Below, one piece after another: positions 56,522 through 64,000 of a DNA stretch of 64,000 bases (position 1 is the stretch's first letter; the number at the start of each line of letters is the position of its first letter). The notes under the pieces are model-generated. The model did no database searches. It was not told where the DNA came from and worked only from the letters and a program-made list of their open reading frames with translations. Both the position numbers and the translations under genes were made by a program. This DNA comes from Hyaloraphidium curvatum SAG 235-1 (Eukaryota > Fungi > Monoblepharomycota), in assembly GCA_025558095.1 (NCBI GenBank), contig JAIVFI010000017.1, positions 372,001 to 436,000 on the forward strand, read 5' to 3'.

Positions 56522-58183
56522 TCAATCCAAATACACCCGATCCTTGCTTCGACTGGCCATGAGTAGCATGCCCGTCCCTCCGAGAAGCGCGACGGCGAAC
56601 ACACACGCCATCATCCCGAAAGCGAATCCTCCCATCTTTTCGTGACCCTTGCTCTTTTCCTGGTGCTTCCAGGCATCCTCGACCCACGCGGCAACGTAAG
56701 TTGCTTCGGCTTTGCGAGCCTCGATCACCGACGGCGGATCCTGCGGATGCGCCGCACGCAGATCGAGGTGGTGTGCGCCGCCGTCGATCAGGATGACGGG
56801 CATGCGGGAATTGGGTTGCTGCAGCACGCATCCGGCGGTCCAAGGATCAAGTGTCCCGGCGGAAAAGACGATGTTGGAGCCAGTGTGCTTGAGGTAGGCA
56901 CTGACGTCGTGACCCAACCCGAAGTTGGTGAGCACCCAGGACGGGCGAGGTGTTACGCCGTAGCTTCTCTGGCACTCGAGCGCCGTCTCGGTGGCGTTCC
57001 AATCCGCAGGAGGGAACATTGAAGTGGAGGCAAACGAAGCCATTGGCATGAACATCTCGGTGCAGTACTGGAAGCCCCAATTGTCCTCCCCGTTGGGGTC
57101 GGCTCCGAGGTCAAAGCAGTGGTCCACCTGGCCCGAGTAGTTGTAAAAAACTTCTGCCCCGGCCGCGATCTTTTCCAGGAGCGTTCCATTCGTCGCATCC
57201 ACCGCTTTGCACATGTGGGCGATCGGAAAAGCGGGAAGTGGCGCCAAGAAGGAGGTCGGCATCGGGTAGTTGACCATCGCGGCCGATGCGTACGCCGAAG
57301 AGAGCCATCCCATGACTGCTTCGGCGGAAGAGACGTCGCAGGCGCGGAAAGTGCGACCGAGCTCCGCCAAACCGCCCCTTGCAGCTGCCACTTCTTCGAT
57401 CGCTGCCCATGACGCGTTGATGGCATCCACACAGGACTGCGACGCGGCTCGAAAGTTATCCGTGACGATGCGATCGAACGAGTCGACCTCGACGAGATCG
57501 CCGAACCAGCGCACCGGCGCCGAGGAGGCAACAGCCCCGGTGATGACGTGAGGGTACTTTATGCGCATCCACGCCGCGAGCATTCCACCGTAGCTTCCCC
57601 CGAACGCAATCACGGGATGATCCGCAATGGACATGTTGCTCTTCAGGCTCAGAAGGAGCTCCGCAAAGTCGGCCAGAGCCTGTTCGGCAGAGAGGAGCGA
57701 GAGATCGCCCGCCGATGGGAACGATTGGCCGTAGAATCTGTGCTCGGCGAACACGATCAAAGCCTTCTGTTGCTTCGCAAGCTCCCACATGAAGCCAGTG
57801 TTTGCCGCGAACCAGTCGATCGCGCCTTCGTTCCCCGTGTAGAAAAAAACTGGGCCCCTCTCTCGATTGAAGTACGTGTCATTGATCAGGTAGCGTTGGC
57901 TCCACGTGGCATACGAGTCCTTATCGAACGAGAAGTGGTCTTTGGTGTTCAGGAAGAAGCGCGTTTCATAGGAGTAGAGTCCCTGTGTTTGGTTTGCGAG
58001 GGTCCGGAAGTGCTCAGCCGTCGGACGGGGGAATCGACGCGGAGGATGAAGCCCTCGTCCGCGTTCCGGAAGGCTCCGGAGGTTTTGAGCCGTTGCGTGC
58101 GGGAAGCGACGCGGAGGCCGTGCCCCCTGGCAAAGCGCGCAGAACGCGCAGAGCACCAGGAAAAGCACCAAGAGGCGAGCCAT
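56522..58183 (-). CDS. PRCP: Prolyl carboxypeptidase (peptidase S28) with a C-terminal TM
   Basis: Signal peptide, DHFSF, FYTGNEG, AEHRFYG, GGSYGGML, DPW, GAHHLDL. Confidence 0.93.
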   Translation of the reverse strand: MARLLVLFLVLCAFCALCQGARPPRRFPHATAQNLRSLPERGRGLHPPRRFPRPTAEHFRTLANQTQGLYSYETRFFLNTKDHFSFDKDSYATWSQRYLINDTYFNRERGPVFFYTGNEGAIDWFAANTGFMWELAKQQKALIVFAEHRFYGQSFPSAGDLSLLSAEQALADFAELLLSLKSNMSIADHPVIAFGGSYGGMLAAWMRIKYPHVITGAVASSAPVRWFGDLVEVDSFDRIVTDNFRAASQSCVDAINASWAAIEEVAAARGGLAELGRTFRACDVSSAEAVMGWLSSAYASAAMVNYPMPTSFLAPLPAFPIAHMCKAVDATNGTLLEKIAAGAEVFYNYSGQVDHCFDLGADPNGEDNWGFQYCTEMFMPMASFASTSMFPPADWNATETALECQRSYGVTPRPSWVLTNFGLGHDVSAYLKHTGSNIVFSAGTLDPWTAGCVLQQPNSRMPVILIDGGAHHLDLRAAHPQDPPSVIEARKAEATYVAAWVEDAWKHQEKSKGHEKMGGFAFGMMACVFAVALLGGTGMLLMASRSKDRVYLD

Positions 58184-58337
58184 TTGGAGCTGAAAACGCG
58201 TTCTCGTGCCGTTTTACGCACGCGACTCTCCCGTGTCGGCGGGGGCCGATCGCGCGTCTATGCAGTCCGCGCGCGGTCGCAGACCGGGGCGGGAGCTTTC
58301 ACTTCCCTTTTGCGCGTCAGGGGCCTGACGGTTCTCG

Positions 58338-59102
58338 ATGCGACCAGTGCTACGAAGCCTGCTTCCCCCGGCGCGACCGTTGCTACGAAGGAGCTTCTCG
58401 TCCTCGGCGGACACGGACATCCCAAGGCTACATAAGCTACAACCGGCCTCCGTGCACCTCCAACCCTCCGCACTGCTCCGGCACTTGCTCTCGGACGCGG
58501 ACCTGAGTCCCCTTCGTTATGATTTCGCGGAGGAGCTCGAACGGCACCCCGAATTTGCCTCGCTCCTGGGAGGGCGTTACGGGAACGACCACCGGACCGC
58601 ATCGTTGGTCTACTTCGTTCCTCGGACATACGCGTCGAGAGCCTCGGACTCTGTGTGCTTCCGCTCGGAGCATCCCGCGGACGCCAGAATTGAAGACATC
58701 TGGTTGGTCGGGGCAGCGAGCTTCACCGAATACGTTGCTGGTCCTGCACCGGACGCGGTGCACGGAGGCGCCATCGCGACGCAGTTGGACAACCTCTGCG
58801 GCTTTGTCTCGAACGGCCTCTATTACACGGGCCACCGGACAGCGTCTCTGCACGTCAATTACAGAGCGAGAGTGCCTACGGTGCACACCGTTGCTTTCCG
58901 TGCGCGGATCGATCGAGTTGAAGGTCGTAAAACGTTTGTGTCGACGGCATTCCTTGATCCGGACTCGGTTATCCGACACGGCTTCTATTGGAACACGGGC
59001 CACGGTCACGGACCATCACACGGGCCGACGGTGCTTGCGGATGCGGCGGCGCTCATGATTCACGTCGGGAAGACGCATGCCAAGGCTCATATGACAGCCT
59101 GA
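58338..59102 (+). CDS. Hotdog-fold acyl-CoA thioesterase (THEM4-like), probably mitochondrial
   Basis: GPAPDAVHGGAIATQLD, TASLHVNYR, EGRKTFV; presequence. Confidence 0.85.
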   Translation: MRPVLRSLLPPARPLLRRSFSSSADTDIPRLHKLQPASVHLQPSALLRHLLSDADLSPLRYDFAEELERHPEFASLLGGRYGNDHRTASLVYFVPRTYASRASDSVCFRSEHPADARIEDIWLVGAASFTEYVAGPAPDAVHGGAIATQLDNLCGFVSNGLYYTGHRTASLHVNYRARVPTVHTVAFRARIDRVEGRKTFVSTAFLDPDSVIRHGFYWNTGHGHGPSHGPTVLADAAALMIHVGKTHAKAHMTA

Positions 59103-59130
59103 GATACAATGGAATCGGACCGCCGAACCG

Positions 59131-60728
59131 TCAGTTCATGTCCATATCCCCCGCGCTCGACGGCTGCCACCCGTTCAGACTCAGACCGTCCAAACCCGCA
59201 GGACGATGAGCACCGGGCGTCCAAATCCTGACGGTCTTGTCGAACGAACACGAGACAACGGCGGTCAGGTCTGCGTCGTAGCAAATGTCGCGCACGATCC
59301 CCGTGTGCCCCGCAAGCTGCGCCACGGACCTCCCCGTTGCCACCTCAAACACCCAGATCCGGAAATCGTCCGAAGTTGCAAAGATGTACCGTCCATCCTT
59401 GGACCAGGCGCAGCGCGGCTGCGAGAAGCCGTCGTTCTCGGTGCCGTAGATGTTCTTGGCCTGGCCGGCCGAACGAGCTCGGAAAACGATCATGCGGCCA
59501 GACTTCTGGTCGGTGAAGCAAAGCACGTGCGCGCCGGTCGGACTGGGCTGCAGGTCCATAGGCGTGAAGCTGACCCAATCATCGCCGTTGCTGTTGACGT
59601 TGTACCGCAGGTGCGGAAAGCTCTCCTCCGGGATCAGATCGATGTAGTTGAGGTAGTTGTCGTCGCGCGAGCCGATCACGACCGTGGAATACGCCTTGCC
59701 CTCGGGGTTGGCGTCGGAAAGCGGAGGCGAAGGAAGGAAGCACATGGATTCGACGGCGCCGTTGAAGGTGATGGAGTGAACCTTGTGGAAGCGCGGAGCG
59801 GCAGAGTCGTGTAGTCCGTCCGCGGTCGGCAGCAGTTTGCCTGAACCCGTCTCCGGATCCCTCCGGTAGATGTTGCACGTCTTGTCGTAGGACGCGCTCA
59901 CGAGAAATTCGCCGTCCGGAGAAAAGCCGACCCTGGTGACGTACTTCTTGTGGTCCTTCCACCGCTGCACGACCTGCTGCGACTCTAGATCGATCGTCTG
60001 GTGCGAACCATCCATGCTCGACGTGGCCAGCAAGGTAGGGTACCCCGGGCAAAAGTCCATGGAGAGCACGGCTCCACCAAAGTCGCTGAGGATCGTGAGC
60101 AGCCTGCCCGTTTCGGCATCGGAGATTCGCACGGTCTTGTCCGCGGCCCCTGTGACCACGGCTTTGAAAGCTGGTTTCCCGGACTCCGCGCTGCCCGGGA
60201 AGAGCTCCGACGGAAGCGTCTGGGTGCGAACCGCAATGATGTTGTTCACGTGCACATCCTCCAGAACCTTGAACTGGGCGTCCGGGAAGACCCCGTCGCC
60301 GCGGGTGTCGAGGACCGTGTCCGTTTTCCTGGACGTCGTTCAGCTGCAGCGGGCGGGCGAACTGTCAAACCACGCACCTGTCGAGCGCAGCCTGGTTCAG
60401 CCTGTTTGACGCCTCGCTCAAGGCATGATCCTCCAAAATAGCCATCAGAGGTTTCTGCGGCGGCTCGCGGTGACTGTGCTTCCGGATATCCTCGAACACG
60501 GCCTCCGCCTCGGCAAGGAATGTCTCCGCCGTTCCTTCGTAGCCTGACAGCACGTCAGACACGATGGACAACACGAGCATTGAGATCAGTACGAGTACCT
60601 TGATCATAGAGAAACTTTAGAACAACCTGCGACGGAGACCGCAACTCCGTTCAGCCTCCTCCGGGTTTCGCGTCGAGGAAAACGCTACGCACCTGGTGGG
60701 CCGCCCATTTCACGTCCACGTCGACCAT
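59131..60728 (-). CDS. LisH + WD40 repeat protein
   Basis: Spliced N-terminus MVDVDVKWAAHQ-VVLKFLYDQ-GYEGTAETFLAEA (LisH); WD repeats (TGAADKTVRI, SASYDKTCNIY, GHTG...SCSFDKTVRIW). Confidence 0.85.
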
Positions 60729-60921
60729 CGTTGCAAGAAGCGCTGGGGCCTGGAGTGCAAATCGCTGCCGCAAGCCGTCGTCGCGTCCAGACGACGCCTA
60801 ACCGTGCCGTTCTGTTTAATACACGCGCGGCTCGCGATCACGCAGACAACGCACACGTGCCCCGAACGCCAGATCATCCCGGCAACGGAAGTCGTCGCTT
60901 TGCGCATCAGTGACCGGAACG

Positions 60922-61827
60922 ATGGAGGGCGCGGTCTACTTCTCGAGCTCGTCAGTGCCAAAGCTTCCCGACCTGGACCTGCCGTTTCCCGAGCCTCTCG
61001 CCAACATCGGGCCTCTCGACTTGCTGCCTTTGTTGGATTCGCCTTTGCCGGACTCGGTCTCGGTCGCCGACATTGTCGAGGGCACACGCGAGCGCCTCGC
61101 TCCGGACGTCGACAGTGCATTCGCAGACAGCGACCTCCAGAAGGTCGCCTCGAGGCACCGCGACGTCGACCATGCAGTCACCGTCGTGAGCTCCCTGGCG
61201 AATATGACCTTTGGACCAGAGCTGTGGAGCAACGATCTGTCGTCGCGCGTTGCACTCATCGGGGGCCGCTCCAAGGAAGGCGCATTGTGCGTCACTCTCC
61301 GCGCCGGAAGCTACTCGATCTCTCCGACGAGCAAAGCAGCGGTCGTCTTTGCCGGAGAGTTCGTCCTGTCCTATCTCGACGAGCAAATGCGTGAGGAGGA
61401 ACAGCCCGGGGAGTCGCCGTCGGCTGCAGGAAACCCGAGGCTGAACGGCAAGCTGCTGCCGATCGTAGATTTCCGCGGTTTCTTCCCCACGCCGGCGCAC
61501 CTGCCTTTTGCCGTATGGATCTTCAACTCGGTGATCAGCGCCTATTCGGATCGGGTGGAGCGCCTTCTCTGCTTCGGTGCCGGCTGGCTGCTGAGCTCTC
61601 TCTGGGCCGCGCTCAAGACCATGGTCCCCGCATCCTCGACAAGCATTGTGGAGTTCGTGGACGAGAGAACCATCTGGGACTGGGTTGTCAAGGACGACTT
61701 TACCGCCGTCCCTCTGCACCATCTTGTGGCGAAGCGGCTGGAGAATCGTCCGGAGGAAGCCGTTCCCGCAAACGGAGCCGAAGTGAAGGAGACCGAGGAA
61801 GCCCAAGCTTTGAGCGACATTGATTGA
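60922..61827 (+). CDS. CRAL-TRIO/Sec14-like lipid-binding protein
   Basis: IVDFRGF, AYSDRVERL, WLLSSLWAALKTMVPASSTSIVEFV. Confidence 0.75.
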   Translation: MEGAVYFSSSSVPKLPDLDLPFPEPLANIGPLDLLPLLDSPLPDSVSVADIVEGTRERLAPDVDSAFADSDLQKVASRHRDVDHAVTVVSSLANMTFGPELWSNDLSSRVALIGGRSKEGALCVTLRAGSYSISPTSKAAVVFAGEFVLSYLDEQMREEEQPGESPSAAGNPRLNGKLLPIVDFRGFFPTPAHLPFAVWIFNSVISAYSDRVERLLCFGAGWLLSSLWAALKTMVPASSTSIVEFVDERTIWDWVVKDDFTAVPLHHLVAKRLENRPEEAVPANGAEVKETEEAQALSDID

Positions 61828-61874
61828 CTGGTAGAACTCCGATACATCTTCACTCTTCCACGAATGCAAAGTTG

Positions 61875-63272
61875 CTAAATCGCCGATCGGAACGGGGTCG
61901 GGTCCTGGTCGCGCCTGTCTCCAAGCCGCAGCGGTTGACCTTGTCCGTTGCCAACTTTCGCGGCGGTCTGCTCTAAAGCCTCGCGCATCTTGCGTCCGGC
62001 GTGAAGGCTCATGTCGCGGGGAACGGAGATCCTGTCGCGGATATATCGCAAGATTGAATCGCCGCGGGACGGCAGCTGGGCGTCCGCTGGTTCGCCTATG
62101 CGACCGAGAAGGTCCTTCTCGAAGGATCCGCGCACCATCGTGGTCAGCGCGGCGCGGAGGCACACGTCCACCTGCTCCGGTTGGCCTTCTTTGTTGACGC
62201 GGATGACGGTCTTTGCATGCTTGAGGACACGGCGCAGAGCTTCGGCCTCGGCTCCGTCAGGGCACGGAAATCCAACCTCGGGAATCTCGGGTCCCCACGG
62301 TCCGCTGTCGACCAGTTTCTTGGCAACCAGCTGCGCCGGAGTGCCATTCTCAATGCATGAGCCCATCTGCGGGGGCAAATCGTGCGCGTGCGTGTGGAAA
62401 TCGCTCTCCATTCCGCGGTACGTCTCCCGCTGCTCGAGAGCATCGAACCACGCGGCGATCCGGGGATGCTTCACTGGATCACGGAGCTTGTAGCCTTTAA
62501 AGTAGAACAACGATGCGTTCATGCGCTCGACGTAAGGCACGAAGACGACATCGGCGATAGAGAACTTTTCGAGGAAGAAGGGGCCCGGGGTCGCACCCAG
62601 CGCTTGCTCCATTTGCTCGACGGTTGATTCGAAGGCAGCAGCGGCGGCGATGTCCGAGCTCCCAGCACCCGTGCGGCACAGCCAGTGGCACCAGTCGTAG
62701 AACAGTTCCCTCTCAAGCCGACGGAGGCGCATCACAGTCGGATCGAACATCGACCTCTCGAGGGGCCCGAATTCCTTCTCCAGCGCAGCGAGAATGTCGT
62801 CCGACTCGGTGATGACCTTGCCGTCGAGCTCCAGCGCCGGGAGCATGCCCGAAGGGACAATCCGTTTGTACCAGGCCTCCTTCTGCCCGTAGCAGAACAT
62901 AGTGACCTTCTTCACTCTGAAAGGGATGCGCTTTTCCTCCAGGAAGAGCCCTGCGGAACTAGGGCTTCAGCAAAAGAACAACGGGGAAGACGAGATGAAT
63001 GGCTCACATGTCTTCTGGCAGTAAGGACACCATGCGTGGAAATCCCGGTAAAGCGTTACGCGCACGTCTGCTTCAGAGGTGCCGAAGAGCCGGAGGTTGG
63101 ACTGCGCCGACGTGGGACCGTTGGGATCGTAGATGTTCGGCGGCGGGTTCTTCTCGGAGGCTAGCTCCGAAAGCGACGAGAGCTGCTCCCAGCTGTACGC
63201 TGGCACGGTTGCCATGCTCGCTTTGCTAGTGAAGAAGCGGGATGGGATCGCAGCGACGATGCTTCGCAACAT
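61875..63272 (-). CDS. Cys-type glutathione S-transferase (cyanobacterial/algal CPYC type)
   Basis: [25 protein letters not shown]...VTMFCYG...VPSGMLPA...[33 protein letters not shown]; intron 62951-63007. Confidence 0.9.
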
Positions 63273-63445
63273 GCGAAGTGAAGGGGGTGACGGGCGATCG
63301 GATCGCCGCGGCGCGTAAACATCCGCCCGCGCTTCGGCCGTCCGCATCCAGCGCAAGCCTGCTGGGAGACGTGGCATTGCGTGATCCTGAAGACTATGGA
63401 GCAAGTAATACGCCCATCTGTACATCAGTGATCGTTACAGCTGAA

Positions 63446-64000
63446 TCAATCAATCTCGGCGGGAATGAACCAGCTCTCCTCGCGCCGCGCCACCCCGAAC
63501 GCCCGATCGATGCCCGCGAGGTGCATGCGCAGGCCCCGCCCCATGACCGTGACCCGCGCGATCACGTCGTCCCACTCGTTCTTGGACACTGCAGACTGCG
63601 GCACGGGCGTGTAGTCCCAGATCCCGAACGCCCAGTTCAAGATGAAGAGCGAAGCTTCCGGCTCGCGGGCGGTCCCGGCGCTCGAGAGCCGCACGAGGCC
63701 CTTGACGCGGTAAAACTCGTCCTTGGGGATCGCAGCGAGCCATTCGTCGAACGCTGTGCGGTCAAGCGCGAGCACCCGTTCCCTGGGCCCGTCCTCGTGG
63801 TTGTGGTCGCCCTTCTCCCCCGCGTGCGAATGGTCGTGCCGCTGCACCCCGGCGTCGGCGCACCCCTCCACGCCGCAGTCCTTGCGCTCCACGACCTTGC
63901 CCGAGATGTTGCGCACCACCTGCACGATGTCGACCTCCTTTGCCTGGTGCTCGCTGTCGACCAGGATGCCGTACTCGGGGTCCTCGGGGTCGGCTTCCGA
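63446..64000 (-). CDS. C-terminus of a CobW/COG0523 (ZNG1-like) metallochaperone, partial
   Basis: His-rich linker HDHSHAGEKGDHNHE, FYRVKGLVRL, LNWAFG, RVTVMG. Confidence 0.8.
   Translation of the reverse strand, partial: SEADPEDPEYGILVDSEHQAKEVDIVQVVRNISGKVVERKDCGVEGCADAGVQRHDHSHAGEKGDHNHEDGPRERVLALDRTAFDEWLAAIPKDEFYRVKGLVRLSSAGTAREPEASLFILNWAFGIWDYTPVPQSAVSKNEWDDVIARVTVMGRGLRMHLAGIDRAFGVARREESWFIPAEID

Noticed and set aside
56380-56562. 60-aa + strand ORF after a G-rich tract
   Set aside because: It overlaps the PRCP 3' end antisense and has no motif.
1-64000. Many long overlapping or antisense ORFs in the track (e.g. 21128-22714 +, 46972-48693 -, 2388-3371 -)
   Set aside because: They are shadows of real genes in high-GC DNA and carry no recognisable motifs.
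1-64000. Prokaryotic origin, CRISPR arrays, transposons, tRNA/rRNA, canonical snRNAs
   Set aside because: Spliceosomal introns occur throughout; no repeat-spacer arrays, transposase or RT motifs, or U1/U2/U4/U5/U6 signatures were found by eye.

Overview
Eukaryotic, very GC-rich, extremely gene-dense genomic DNA with many short (mostly about 45-70 nt) spliceosomal introns. Fungal-type families (Zds_C, Ecl1, HAD_SAK, Rgd1) point to an early-diverging fungus, chytrid- or monoblepharid-like; this is inference. About 37 protein genes were reconstructed by hand. Housekeeping genes: TOA2, LCP5, GEMIN2, UTP11, CSN4, PCF11, DNAJC3, AFG3-type m-AAA, RGD1-like, CDC73, RBG1, PSO2, SF3B2, MAS2, REX3-like. 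The most unusual items are: (1) an MsrB gene whose TGA stop overlaps the ATG of a HAD+2H 'Swiss Army knife' RNA-repair-like gene (TGATG), suggesting a coupled or bicistronic unit; (2) a PstS-like sensor domain fused to a multi-pass membrane module; (3) a cyanobacterial/algal-type CPYC glutathione transferase with an intron and a presequence; (4) a short nuclear gene for the C-terminal domain of mitochondrial uS3; (5) a sirtuin with degenerate catalytic motifs; (6) a structured element with an Sm-site-like motif at about 11.6-12.0 kb; (7) three GC-AG introns; (8) a 4-exon small membrane-protein gene missed by the ORF track. No rRNA, tRNA, CRISPR or transposon was recognised. Family calls rest on remembered motifs, not database searches. 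Coordinates span start to stop codon including introns.
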